In this document: piece after piece, positions 23,801 to 38,800 of the stretch | Layout: each line of letters opens with the position of its first letter | Numbering within the stretch: the first letter of the stretch is position 1 | Source of the DNA: Chiloscyllium plagiosum | Lineage: Eukaryota | Direction of reading: 5' to 3' | Assembly (NCBI RefSeq): GCF_004010195.1 | Contig: NC_057718.1 | Coordinates: 17,275,697 to 17,336,819 of the forward strand | Length of the DNA stretch: 61,123 nt | Made by a program: the position numbers and the translations under genes | The notes under the pieces: generated by a model | Databases searched by the model: none | The model's input: only the letters and a program-made list of their open reading frames with translations | What the model was told of the DNA's origin: nothing

Positions 23801-26800
23801 GTGGGATTGGTCAGGTGCCTGGAGTGGCTGCCTAAGGGAGACTATGGGGACTGCAGATGCTGGAGATCAGAGTCAAAAAGTGTGGTGCTGGAAAAGCACA
23901 GCCAGTCTGGCAGCATCCGAGGAGCAGGAGAGTCGATGCTTCGCGCATAAGCTTATGCTCGAAAGGTCAACTAACCTACTCCTTGGATGCTGCCTGACTG
24001 GCTGTGCTTTTCCAGCACCACACTCTTTGACACTGCCTAACAGAGGTGTTAGACATATGATTGTATTCTCTGATCAGTAATTCTGGAATTATATGTACAT
24101 ACAGGGTAGGTTCTGTTACTGCAGCAAGTATCTCCTTACATTGATAAAGTTGTAGTAACTCTTTTTATTTTAACCATGTTTTACAGGATTTAATTGGGTG
24201 AATCTGTTACTTAGGGATATTGCCTTTGTCAATCAAAATGAATCTGAAGATGGGAAACCTGGAGTTCGGAGTCAACTCAAGTTATTGGAATTTGAAAACG
24301 CTGGGAAATATGAGGTATATGGATGAGAAATTGTGTTTTAGTCTTTTAAAAAAAGTAAAGGCTTGCATTTATAGGATGCTTTACATGACCCCTAAAAATC
24401 TGTAATGTAGAAAAAAACATGGTGGCCAAGTTGCGCACAGCGAATTCCCTCAGACATTAATGTTAATTAGCAGTTCGCTGTTGAAATCATATCACCAGCA
24501 CATGGGTATGGTAGCAGATCATTAGTAAATGTGATATTGATTGGTGGATAAATATTAGTCAGGACACTGGGTATATCAGTTTTCTGAAACAGTGCCAAGG
24601 GAGCCTTTACAAGCAGAGGGAGGGTAGCTGCTAACACTTTGCTCATCTGGAATCTCAGGGATGTAACCATTACCTAGCAACCTTTTTTGACATTGCATCC
24701 ACAACATTATGGATTAGGATTAATATCAGTTTAGCAATGAGTCTTGTTCACGGGATGTGGCACTCAGCAGCAAGCCCAGCATTTATTGCACATCCCTAAA
24801 GTTACCATTGAGACGCTGTTAGTGAGTCACCTTCCTAACAGTGAAGAGACTTGGTAGGCCACTTCAGAGTTAACAGCACTGCTGAGGATCTAGAATCACT
24901 GGATAAGGGATGGCAAATTCCTTTTCTTAAAGGACATTGGTGAGCCAGGTGGACAATATGATAATATGATAGCTATTATCCAATACTAGATTTTCAAATT
25001 CTAGATTTATCGGATTAAATGCTTCCAACTATCAAGGTGGATTGGAACCTGATCACTAGTCCAGGGAAATGGATTCTGAGGCCAGTGACATAACCACTAT
25101 GCTACCATACCCAGGTGCTGGTGATATGATTTCAACAGCGAACTGTTAATTAACATAAATTGCAATGGCCAGCATCTAAATAATGGCATAAAATAAAACA
25201 AAGCACTGCGAATGCTGGAAATCTGAACCAAAATCAGAAATTGCTGGCAAAACTCAGCAGGTCTGGCAGTATTTGTGGGGAAAAGTTAATCCAAACTAAT
25301 AGCAGCAAGGAAAAAATGGTATTTATGCTGAAGATGTGGTGAGATGAGCAGGTAGGTGGAGGTAGAGTCCAGAGAGAGAGAGATATGAAAGAGGTAGGGC
25401 TGATAGTAAGCCAGGACAGAAGAGAAGCTGAATAAGCGATAATGAGAGCTGAGAGTAAGAGACTAGGCTGTGTTGAATGTAACTCTTTGAATGTGATAAT
25501 TGGCCTGAGAGTGGGTTGAGAATGGGTTGGCTGTGCTAACTGTAGCACGTGCCATAGCAGGAGTGGGTGTGGGTAAAAAACAGGGAATGGTGGGATCCGG
25601 CTCTAACATTATTGAACTTGATGCTGAGTTCTGGAGGCTGCAGGGTCCCCAAGTGGGAAATGAGATGTTGTTCTTTGACCTTGTGAGGCTCATTGAACAC
25701 TGCAGCAGGCATGTGTCAGAAATGTTGCCATAGGAACAGGGTGGGGTGTTGAAGTGGTGGGTAACTGGAAGCTCAGAATCATTTTTACAGACAGATCGTA
25801 GGTGTTCTGCAAAGCAGTCTCCCAGTCTGCATTTCATCTCTCCAATGTAGTGGGCCACACTGTGAGCAGTAGATTAGAGAGAGTGAAGACCCTGATGCTT
25901 CTAGGACTCAACATTGAGTTCAATAATCTAAAGCCTGATTCCACCCTCCCATGGTTTTTACCCACCTTCAGACCTGGTCCTGTCATGGCATGGCTTGCTT
26001 TATGCAAAACTTACCCATTCTGTCCTACTCTCAGCTCTCAATATCATTTATTCAGGTTCTCTTCTGTCCTTGCCTAATATCAATAATCCCCTTGTTTACC
26101 TAGTCCTTTCAGATCTCTCTCTCTCTCTTTTGACTCCATCTCCAGCTATCTGCTAACGGCCTGCTGCCCACCCCCACCCCCAACCTTGCCTTCGGCATAA
26201 ATATTACCTTTTCCTCGCTGCTATCAGTTCTGATGAAGAGTCACTGGATTTGAAACGTTAACTCTGCTTTCTTCCCAAAAAATGCTGCCAGACCTGATGA
26301 GTTTTTTTTAGATTACTTACAGTGTGGAAACAGGCCCTTCGGCCCAACAAGTCCACACCGACCCGCCGAAGCGTAACCCACCCATTCCCCTACATTTACC
26401 CCTTTACCTGACACTACGGGCAATTTAGCATGGCCAATTCACCTGACCTGCACACCTTTGGACTGTGGGAGGAAACCGGAGCACCCGGAGGAAATCCACG
26501 CAGACACAGGGAGAATGTGCAAACTCCACACAGTCAGTCGCCTGAGGCGGGAATTGAACCCGGGTCTCTGGCGCTGTGAGGCAGCAGTGCTAACCACTGT
26601 GCCACCATGCTGCCGTGCCAGCAGTTTCTGTTTTTGTATTGAAACAATGGCCAAGCTCAATGTCTGTGATAATATATTTTATTCCTTCAAGTGGACATCT
26701 AATGAGGGCAGGATTGCATTTAGCCGTGGTTTATACTTCCCACCTCCCCATTGTCATGACACCCATCTGAAGAATACTCAGTGGGGAGGTGCTGAACTCC

Positions 26801-29800
26801 CATGGAATGTAGTGCACTAGGGAGCTACTGAAGGAATATGTCCCATCCATTGTAACATGAGAATTGTTGGATGCATAAGGAACAAAGCTTGCCTGTTGGC
26901 GTCCTGATAGTTGCACGATACAATGGTAATGGAATTGTTGACTGATCAGCGTAATTTAATAAATCCATGTTTAAGCCTCATCAGACAACTGTTTCTTCCA
27001 AACATCCTTCCTGTAACACGTCATGTCTCAATGTACTCATGTACTCAATCCTAAGTATTATGAAAGCCACTCAATGTTCCCAATCTATTGACTATCTGGT
27101 CCAAGCATCTCATCAGATTAACACAAGCTCTTGTGAATCTGAATGAATGTATTTTCTGTTATTAAGTTAGGGAGGTGACATCTATTCTGCTCCTTTTGTG
27201 CATCCCGCTCATTGCCAATGAATGAGCTCAGGTTCTATACTGTCTCATCTGAATTCACAATGCTTGCTCTCTTCATGATGTACTCCATTTCCTCATTAGA
27301 ATGGACATAGTGCTAATGTCACTGGATCAATCATCCAGAGACCCAGCTTAATGCTTGGGTAACATGGGTTCAAATCGCACCATAGCAGCTGCTGGCATTT
27401 AACCTCAAACAAATAAAAAGCTGCAGTTGGAAGCTAATCTCAGTAATGGTAACCATGAAATTATAATTGATTGTTGTGAAAACCCATCTGGTTCATCAAT
27501 GCCCTTTGGGGAAGGAAATCTGCTGTCCTGACCTAGTCTGGACTATGTGGGATCTCGACCCACAGCATTGTAGTGACTGTGAAACGCTCCGAGACGCCAT
27601 TCAGTTCAAGGGTAATTAGGGATTGGGATTAATGCTGTCCTTCCCAGTGAATCTTGCATCCCATGACAAAGCTTTAATTTCCAGGCATTGGCACAGAAAC
27701 AGTAATTTGTAAAAGTAGGAAGAAGTGTTGATGTTGTCTTTATAACATTCTTCCCTCAAATTGTAGGTGGTATTTCTCCTATATTTGATCTTGAATTTGT
27801 GCTTCATAGCATCCTGCTGGTTCTAAGTAATCAGCTTCTAAGGATCAGTGCTGTCACCAAATTGTATTTACTTAAATCGGATAACTTACTTGAGTACTTT
27901 CCTTGATTACAACTGTAACATACAACATTTAATACATTTAAAAATTATTTAATTTGCTGTAAAGTTCTTTGATTCATCTTAATAGTTGTGAAAGGCACTA
28001 TATAAATAAAGGTCTTAATTTTATTACTTTTACACTGATGTCTTTCTGAGATGCTGCATTGAAATATGAACTGTGCAAAGGAGCAGCAATCAGACAAAAG
28101 TCACTTTGGATGGGTGTTAGAACCTATTAGGGTGCCATACAGATTGTTAAACACTTTAAGCAAGATATAATTTACAATTTCATTGCCTGTTATTTCTAAC
28201 CAATCATCTTTTACCTGTAGATTTTAATTTCTCACAACTCTGTCTTGCAATGTAAGTTATTGATTGACAGCTTCTGTGTCCCAGTGTTCACGTGACAAAG
28301 CTCTTTGCACTCTTTTACTGTCTCATACTTTATGAATAAACAAATGGTTGCGTTTTGTGAGAAAACTTTCTTTTAAATAATAAATTCTCAGGTATTTAAG
28401 GAAATGTCAGTGATGTTCAGAAGTTTCTGCAGGAATGTTGATAATGTTACTCTTAGACCATATTGAGTTTCCATATTTTGCATGAAAAGTAAAGTGATAA
28501 CCATTCAGCATATGAGAGCTATTCCTTCTCATCTTATGAACCAGTTACGCCCAGTTGGATTTGTATGTAATTTCCATTTCTATTCTAATATCTGCTGAGA
28601 AAATCTGAGTGAAAGATTTTTGTCTGCAATTTCTTTTAAGTTTCCTTCAGTTGCCCTTTGGTCCTGCTACCCTGGCATAATTTGAAGTAATCATTTAGAC
28701 CTGTATTATTTGTATTCAACATAATATTTCATGTAATGTGATGAGGTTTCCTTTTTGATCTTCTCTTTGTGGACTGTAGGACTCAAGTTCATCTTTACTT
28801 TTCTCAAGCCCCTGCATGCTATTCCAAGGATCTCCTGTTTTCCTGTCATCCTCTCTAATTCCTGCTTTGTGGTGTGATGATTAGAATTCAACATGGCACT
28901 GCCGAGTAATGTTGTCAAGACTTTAGCACAGGGGAGATGCACAATTCATTTAAGTTTACTTTTTCAAACAGAGACAGAGGATTGGTAATTAATGCATGTA
29001 ATGGACTTGAATGTAATGTAATAGGGGAGGCAATGTACCAGTAGTATTATCACTGGACTAATCCAGAAACCCAGGTAATATTCTGGGTTCCCTGGTTCAA
29101 ACCCTGCCATAGCAGGTGGTGGAATTTGAATTTAACTTTTTAAAAATCTAGAAATCAGAGTTTAATTACCATGAATTCATTTTTGATTGTTGGAAAAACC
29201 CATCTGGTTTACTGACATCCTTTTTTGGGAAGGAAGTCTGGCCTATATGGGACTCCAGACCCACAAAAACATGGTCGACTCGTAACTGCCCTCTAGGCTA
29301 TTAGGGATGGGTAATAAATGCTGGCTAGCCAATGATGCCCTTATCCTGAAGAAGGGCTTATGCCCGAAACGTCGATTCTCCTGTTCCTTGGATGCTGCCT
29401 GACCTGCTGCGCTTTTCCAGCAACACATTTTCAGCAATGATGCCCTTATCCCATGAATAAAGACAAATTTCCCAGAAAAGCAGCTAATATGGATATATTT
29501 GAGGGATAATTGAATAGATATTTGGAGTAGTCAGTGATGAAGTGATGCATTAGGTGTGGGGCCTGCTAATTGGGCTGCACTATCGTTTTTCAGTATTGCA
29601 GTTCCTTACCCAGAGTGCTTGCACCTTCTCGTGACGTACCTATATCTAAACTTGAGCATCAGTATTTCTTCCATAACCCATGTCTTTTCTATCCCAGTGG
29701 TTTGCATGTGTCTTTTTCAATGTGAAATACCTTTTTCACAATTGGTGTGCCTTTGAACTAACCAGTGTAGCCTAGCCCTTGTCCTTCCCTCTTTCTGATT

Positions 29801-32800
29801 CTTAGAACATATGGTTGTCATTTCAGTACCAACAGCCTGAATTAAAGGTTTTATTCTGATATTGGACCCTAAAAGTATAAAACAATGGGAGGTAGCAGAA
29901 TCCACATTGGGAGCTATGAATACTGACTGGTATCCTGAAGCATACAAAGAGGGTTTGGTTGTATGCTTATGCTATTTCTGATTATATCTGAAGTATCATG
30001 AATTACTGGTGCCATCATTGCTGTTCACTTGGATCTTTCTTCATCTGCTCTCTAATAAATGTGATACAAAAACAGAAAAATACCTGAAAGACTTCCGAAC
30101 AGGTCATGAAATAGGAATGGAATTAATGTTGACTTAATTTGAAGATATTTCAAGATAACCAGAAGGTATTTGACAAAATGTTAGCAGAAATAGTTTTGTA
30201 AGTACAGACTAATCTCTGCCTTCGTTGTGGTGCAGTTGTCCTTCCTGGTCTGTGATTTCTTACACATGTTTATTTTGTTATTCATTTAAGGGAATGCAAA
30301 ATGATCCATCTCCTCGTATTTATGGCACGCATAGTCATTACAACAATCTACCACCATCTATACATGAGAAGAAAACAAAGGTAAAATGTCAATGCACAGT
30401 AATGTGAGACCAATCCAAGGTTTTAATCACCTTGACTACACCTTCAAAGGTCTTAATTGATTTGATCATGATCTTGGTTAGTCGGCTCATAAACTCAATA
30501 GTAAACAAATCATTCCTATTGGGCTTTTGTGGCACAGTGGTAGTGTCCCAACCCCTTGACCAGAAGACACCGGTTCAAGTCTCACCTGCTTCAGATATTT
30601 GTAATAACATCTCTGAGCAGATTTACAAGTAAAAAATAGGTGAAATAAACAAATTAAAATCTTCCCATTAACTCCGTAGTGGGTTGCAATCATACGCTTT
30701 CTGGGTGAGGCTGAACATAGATCTTGCAATGGAATGACTTGCTAATGATGTCTACAAAAGAACTCTTAGCAGTAACTGACATCCATCAGCATTTTCTTAT
30801 TAAAACAAACCACATTCCAAAAGAGATATATTGCACACTTTTCATCAAACAGTGAAATTTTGATTTCTATCCATAAACCAGATAGAACTAGTTGAATGAG
30901 TTCCCATTTTATAATTTAAAAACTGCTTTGAGTAAAAGTGATTTAATAATTGGTCCATTTGGGAAATGTGTGTCAAGTAAAGTGGAAATTGGATGGGGAT
31001 GGTTTTGATTCAATCAATCTTTTCCAAACCCCTGAGTTTTATGGTAATTTAATGTCTGGGTCTTTCTGTCTGGATTCCAATTGAGCTAGCCAATCAGGTA
31101 AGGTACTGGAGAGGTAAGGACCAGCAACGTACAGAGACTCAAGGAATCCAAGAAGGAAAGTGGATAAAAATGAAAGCTGCAGAGAAAAGCAGTAATAGTT
31201 GTTTTTTAACTTCAAACATATTTTGCGTGTAATAGTAGGTTTGATCAGTGCCTAGCGTAATAAGCCTTAGCTGGCAGAGTCCCAGTTGAAGTTTGATTTC
31301 TGTAATAAGATCACAAACTTGACTGTCATCCAGAAATTGTAGTGTATTGGTCAGGAATTTCCTTTATATAGACAAAGGCTGAGTCATATTGAATTGCTAC
31401 TAAACTTGATGGGCCAGATTAATGGAATCACAACAAGCTTGTTGCATAGCCTCCTTCAGTCTAGAAATTGGGATGTGAAAAACATCTATTTAATTCTGGT
31501 CTCCTTTCATTCGAAAGGATGTTGTGGGACTTGAAAGGGTTCAGAAAAGATTTACAAGGATGTTGCCGGGGTTGGAGGATTTGAGCTATAGGGAGAGGCT
31601 GAATAGGCTGGGGCTGTTTTCCCTGGAGCGTCGGAAGCTGAGGGGTGACCTTATAGAGGTTTATAAAATCATGAGGGGCATGGATAGGATAAATAGACAA
31701 AGTCTTTTCCTTAGGGTGGGGGAATCCAGAACTAGAGGGCATAGGTTTAGGGTGAGAGGGGAAAGATATAAAAAGGACCTAAGGGACAACGTTTTCACAA
31801 TGAGCTGCCACAGGAAGTGGTGGAGGCTGGTACAATTACAGAATTTATTAGCCATTTTGATGGGTATATGAATAGGAAGGGTTTAGAGGGATATGGGCCA
31901 GGTGCTGGCAAATGGGACTAGTTTCATTTAGGATATCTAGTCAGCATGGACGAGTTGGACTAAATGGCCTGTTTCCGTGCTATACATCTCTATGACTCTA
32001 CAACCAGAAAGGTAGGGTTTCAGAGTAAACCATGAACAAGACAGAGTGTATTGTCTTCTAATAATGCTGACAGTATTTCTCATTAGTAAATCGAATGTTG
32101 ATAGAAATCAGGTTTGCAAACTACACTGGAGGATTTCCCCTGGTTAAACTGAAAGCAGAATAGATGGTGGTAATATTCTGTTTGGCTCACACTCCATTTC
32201 TCTGCAGAAAGATTAAATGCTTTTGTCTTGTTATCTTTCCACAGATACTGGTTGTATTTCGCAATCCCAAAGACAATGCAGTGTCCTACTATCACTTCTG
32301 TCAGAATAATCCTTTACTGCCCACCTATTCATCTTGGGATGAGTTCTTCAGAAAGTACATGACTGGAGAAGGTAATGCATCTTGGCTACAATTACTCGTG
32401 GGTTTAGGCATTCCTAGATGCATACAGGGGAACCTCGATTATCTGAATGTGTTGGGTGGACACTATTTCATCCGAATAATCGATTATTTGGTTAATTGAT
32501 TAAATGCCTTTCCTCTGGGGCTTAAAGAGTTTTTAAAGTCTGCTCCCCATTTAAGAGACTGCAGCAGCACACAGCGCGTGAGGCCCTGTCCTCAACCCTG
32601 TGCAACACGGCCCCCCGCCCCCAACCCCATACAACACGGCCCCCCACCCCCAACCCTGTGCAACCCCGCGCACACCCGCTCCCTCTTTGGGGCCGCTGGA
32701 CTAGACACCAACAACAAGACTGCTGCCTTTGCGGGGTAAGTCTCCAAATTGCGCGCACACACACACAGACACACACACGCGCGCAGCCACAGCCACACCC

Positions 32801-35800
32801 AACCTTTTACTGCAACTTTTTGACAGATTCCACCTTTGCCCTGTGCAGGACAATGTTGGAGAGATTACCTGGGGAAGGGAGGTTTAGGGTATACTGTAGA
32901 ACTCCAGGGAAAGTGAGGGGAGAGAGAGATGGCAGGCAGTCTGTCATTTGGAGACGGTGCCTGTTTAATCCCTGTAAACAAAAGACGTGATCACTGTTGG
33001 AAACACGTCTTTGATGCAATGTTTCCATTGGGACCTGGAGATCTTCAGATAATCCGATTTTCGGATAATTGATATTTGGATAATCGTCGTTCCTCTGTAG
33101 TTCTTTTTAGAATTTTACACAATATTAGCTATAAACTATCAATGTAATACCAGTTTAGCATTGCTGAAAAAGATGTCCTTTATTAAAAATTTTCAGTTGC
33201 ACTCATCAGGACATTTTCCAAGAACACCAGTTTGAGGGGCGAACCAACATTTATATGACTTGAGAGGAGACCATTGATGGGTTGACAAGTGGACTCTGAT
33301 TGGTGGAGGCATTGTCTATGAGTACAAAAGAAATGGCTTTGACAAAATGGCCTTTTTTTTCAGCAATAGTCAAGTTCTCTAATAGCAAACGAAAATCTGT
33401 ACACTCCCAGGTTTTGGAAAAGCTGACATCACGCATACAAATATATGCAGCAAAGCAAAAGAGAAACATCTCCAGTCGAGGAAATTTCTCTGGAAAAACG
33501 TTGAAGGATTAAAAAAACAATACATTCCCATTGACATTGCTGTCCGCCTTTGTCTTTCAGTAAAACCAAAGATTTCTCTTCTGATTTCTTCTTTCCTAGT
33601 GCAAATGTCAGCGGGTAATGGGATGCTGTCTAGCAGGCCAGCATCAAATACATTGATGTGGTAATCCAGGAGCAATCTCAACCCGGAACCTTCTCTTTGA
33701 GTCCCCTTCAGCGGAACCTATCTGTGGCTGTAGCCTCTGCCCCACTGGCACTTGAACCATTCTTTATCCCCAGTCTGGCTGTGACTTGTACTCAGGCCCT
33801 CTGAGCCACCTCAGGAGATATTAGGGCATATGACCAAATATTTGGTCAATGAGGTAGACTTTAAAGGAGAAAAGAGTGTTAGAAATGTTGGGGTCTTCAA
33901 GGAGAGCATTCCAGAGCGTAGGACCAAATAACCAGCTTCTGACGGTGGGTCAATTTGAAACTGTTAAAATGAGGCACTGGCTTCTGTTCCAGGAAGGAGT
34001 CACCTTCATCATGAAGTGAGAAAAGTAAAAATGTTGATGGGGGCGAGGTGTTAAGAGCTGAAGTGTGATGCAATCTCCCCACCATCGTCTTTCTCTCGTT
34101 GACAAGAATCAGAGACATCACGTATGCGAGATGACCAAATGCTTAATTAAACACCCCTTGTCTAAGGGTCAAAGGCTGGGTTTAATGTAGCAGTGACATC
34201 CTGCTCACTGGGTTGGAGAACTGGCAGGAACCACTTGTTACCGTGGGGATGCCCGACCAAGTTAAGCACAGCTCAGGCACTTGGTGACCAAAGATGGGGC
34301 TTTCCTTGGGTTTAAGAACATGTCAGTGCCACTGGGAACAGAGGCTTCTGCAGGGAATGTGCCAAGGGCCAGCCTGATGGTCACCTCTATATCCCTGGAC
34401 ACTGGTGATTGTGGAGATTACAGAAAAGGGGTCACCCAAGGGGCAACAAAGGGCTGGGTCAGAGCTAAGAGAAGTAGGGGATAGTTCTCAGTGACCCAAG
34501 CCCAGTCCACATTTCCAACGCTGGGAATTCAGCACTGAGTGTCTGTGACGCATCAGCCACTCCCCAAACCATCTCCACCTCCACCCTTCCCAACTGCAAT
34601 CCAAGGCCACAGTGACAGCCAAAATAATTTGAAGGGCATCCTGCAGGAGGGAGGGGAGAGCCATGTGGCTCCCATTTAATCCTGAGGCACCATTTAAATT
34701 CCAGCGGGCTCCAAAGCATCAAGTGGATTAGTTGCTTACGTCATCCTTTCCTGCTTCAAACATTCCCAGGATGTGTGTTTTCTCGGGAGATTGATGCAGG
34801 CCATAGTTCGTAATCACGTGAGCCTGGCCGCCATGTTTGCTGCTGTAATGGGCTGGATTAAATTCTACCCAGTGAGATTCAAACACCCACCACTTACTCT
34901 GGCTCATGTGGAATTTGGTGCACCTTAACTTTGGCCGGTCCCTGAACTAAGAAAGGGGAGTATGGCACTCTCCCTTCTTGCAGTCTCCTCACCAGCAAAG
35001 AAGTAGACTTCAGTTTAAAGAGTCAATGTTAATCTTCTCTATCACCGATCTGCACAGATTATGGTGATAAACGGGGTTGGGGTGGGTGGTTGTGGGAGAG
35101 GCCTGTTTGTGTTCTTCCCCCTGCCATACCCCATCACCACTTTGTATTGCCTGGCTCCGTGAACAGCAAGGCCTCCAACAGGAAAGCTGGTTGCTAATGG
35201 CCACATCATCATTTCTGTCAACTTCGGGTGTGAGTCCATGGCCAGGCACACAGCCAGGAATAGGAGCACAAATCTCCCAGGCCTCAGGCTCCACGTGGTG
35301 AAATAATTCGCAAACTGCTTAGCTCTTCCTTCACCCCAATCCTAGTGAACGTTGACCCAGAAACATTTCACTGACCCTACAAAAACAAAGGTGGAAAATC
35401 TTCATTTATTTGTAATCACATGCTCCGTTTTTGTCATGTCACAGGTTTTCATGTTGGTCCTAGATGGCAGCGCTATAACAATGCTCCCCAGAAAAAGTTT
35501 AAATCCCATCAATTTTCTTGATGATCTTGTCGTTCGCATTTGTTGTAACTTCAACTTGAACTTTGTCTCCTTTTTGAATTTTTTCAAATACTTTAATATG
35601 TAAAGTATCTCTGTCGTTTTTGATCTTGATGAATTTTAAGCTCTACATATTCAGTTCAATTAGCTCCTTACCAAACCTGGATGTCAGTCATGTGTGTGGG
35701 GAATTTTCAGATGTTGCCTTTACAGCATGGACAGATATTGGGCTAAACTTGTATGTTAGGTAATCCATCCCTTGCATCCATAAACAGTTAACCCTGAGAT

Positions 35801-38800
35801 CTAGCCATTGCTAACCAACAGCTTCAAAAACCTGACTGAGTGTATTTTTAAAACAGAATCTGGAACTCAGAACTATCCTAATCATAGATATTTCTGTGCA
35901 ACCCATTCAGACACATCAACACAGCACGGTGGCAAAGAGGTTAGCACTGCTGCATCACAGTGCCAGGGACTTCGGTTCAATTCCCGCCTCAGGCGATTGA
36001 CTGTGTAGAGTTTGCACATTCTTCCTGTGTCTGCGTGGGTTTCCTCCCACAGTCCAAAGATGTGCAGGTCAGGTGAATTGGCCATGCTAAATTGCCCGTA
36101 GTGTTAGGTAAAGGGGTATTGGTGTGGACTTGTTGTGCTGAAGAGCCTGTTTCCACACTGTAAGTAATCTAATCTAGAGCAGGTGGGACTTGAACCTTTA
36201 CCTGTTAGCCAGATGTCACACCCCACCATGGCCCCACACCCTGATCGAAAATTTAGTGACATTGGAAAACGGAGGTATCTGAGCTTCAGAATTGGGGCAG
36301 GGTTGTGACCTTTGTTTGCAGGGCATGACGATATGAGTCCAGACCAGGCTGAAGACCAATGCAAGTTTTTAAAATACAAGCTGTGTTTGCTTTTTGTTAC
36401 AAGGAGTCTGGAACATTCCGAATGCAGGATATTTCACGGGGTGAATACTTTCTGGTATTATGGGATTGACCGTGAAAGTGCTCTTTCCATTTATTTCCAC
36501 ACGATGTGGCATAACTTTGAATAAATTTGAATGGGATTGATGAACAGCCCGAGGCTGATCATCCTGATGCTCTGTAACGTTGTGACACAGCACATCCCCT
36601 CTCTTTCGATTGCTCATCAAGTCTAGTGTCGAGCCCTGGTTTTAATGCAGCATAGAAAGAGAGCCTGACCCTTGTTCTCTGGTGGAGTGTTGGAGATTGA
36701 ACCAACAGTTCCAGGCCACTGAGAACAGTGCACCAAACCGTCAGACTCCAGCATAATGCATCCCAATGGATTTAAACCCTACTTTCATCCCTCCGATTTT
36801 GTGAGATTCTAGAGTGAAACCTCCAGGGCTTTTGGGAGGTGTGTGATGTCCTGGAGTTGTTGACTGGGGTGCTGGAGGACAGGAAGGTCCATTTGTTGGG
36901 CAAGGGCGGGGGGGGGGGAACGTTTTGTGGCTCCTTTAATTCTTGACCAGGATTAGGGACGTCAACAGTTGAGCTTAAAGGGAGTTGATGAAAAGGCTAA
37001 TTTTTATCAACTATCGAGTGTAAAAAGTCAAGCCTACACGTACTATCAAAAAAAAAGGTTAGGATTTAAAGGGCTATCAGAAATGGGTCGAAACTCCATG
37101 GTGCCCATTGCTAAACACTAAGCTTATGATGCCAAGATCTCGTCTTGTGACCTCGATGTGGGTCATGACTCCACAGCTTGGGAATCCTCACTCTAGACTC
37201 CCTACAATACCAGCCCCTCCCCCAACTCTCCGCATGAAGTGTTCGGGAATATTAGGCCAGTATCAGCTGGCATAAAAATAATTCCAGCAAGCCTCTGACT
37301 GATAAATAACTCAAAGGCCAGATGATAAAATGGGTCAGGCCAAATGAGGATTCCAATTTCTAGTTGTACTGCCTGTTTTAGATTGCATCCAGCTCAGTAC
37401 AAATCACGTTCTGGCAGAAACCAGAAATATCTGGATCCCCTTCCTTCCCTCGCCTGAGTGGAGAATTACATGAGCAATTCTTCTAACTGCTTTTGGCCAA
37501 TCACAATAAAATCCAGTCAGAAATTCCAGAGAAACCTCCTCTCCCAGAGAGAGTGGTTTGGTGTGGAGCTTGTATTCCAAAAGAACAATTGTGCAAATAG
37601 CATTGATGCATCGAACAGTGAGCTAAACATGTCATACAGCCATAGAAGTTTACAGCACAGGAAAAGGCCCTTCGGTCCATTGGGCCTGTGCTGGACAAAA
37701 ACAAACTCCCAATGATTCTAATCCCAGCCTTGTTCGCCTTGGCATCACAAATGAACTTCCAAATACTTCCTAAATGTTATAGGATTTCTGCCCAAACCAT
37801 CCTCACAGTCCACTACAGTCAGAAATGGAAGAACGGAAATGCATTGAGGTGGGAGGAGGCTTGTGTACAGCATGGATGGATTGGGCCAAGTGGCTTCTTT
37901 TCTATGTTGTAGATAAATACCTAATTTTTCAGCAGTCTCACTAGTTTTCCAAAGAAATGGTAATTAAATTCCTGGCCACATTTCTAATATAAACTAGATG
38001 TGTAAATACTATTGGTGATGGAGTGTTAGTACAGAATCAAACACTTACTCAGGTAAGTTTCCATTTTAATTTGTATTGGAAAATATAAAGCAAGGACTGA
38101 ATGATGAGTTAAATCTGAATTTTGTCTGTATGCACCAGTCTGATATTTCTCTCCCTCCAGCCTGACTGCACCTACAGGCTGCCTGTCATTTTAATTCTCT
38201 CGATGTAATGCTCTGCTCACTTTCTTAAGTAATTAATTTGAAACAAAATTACACCTGATAATTTAACAGCTGTTTTGTAATAAATCAAATTCACAGGTTT
38301 AGGTCTTAGGGATACCATCTGATTAGATTCTCCACTCTCGTAAGACACCAGTAGATCCATTCATAATGAGTGAATCACATTAACAGGGATGTTGTCTTCA
38401 ACAGTGGTCGATGCTGTATCTCTTGTGTTGCAAGGTTACCCCTCTGTTTGAAGAGAATGAGGAACTCAATTACAGAAATGACTCTTGGAGGGGCACTGAC
38501 TCTGAGAAAAATACCCAATGTGTCACCAAATTGTATATGTTACTGAACCTTTGATTGGCATTTTTCTCTCTGATGCTACTTTTTATTTTTAAAACAGTTT
38601 GTTGGGGCTCCTACTTTGACCATGCTCTTGTGTGGGAGAAACATTTTGATGATGAGAATGTGAAGATTATTACGTATGAAGAGCTGAAAGAGGTCAGTAT
38701 AATTTTCTTTTGATGCAAACCCAAGACAGAGGAATCTCGATTGTCCAGCATTCGATTATCCGAATATTGGATTATCCAGCATAAACGATGTTATCAGGCA

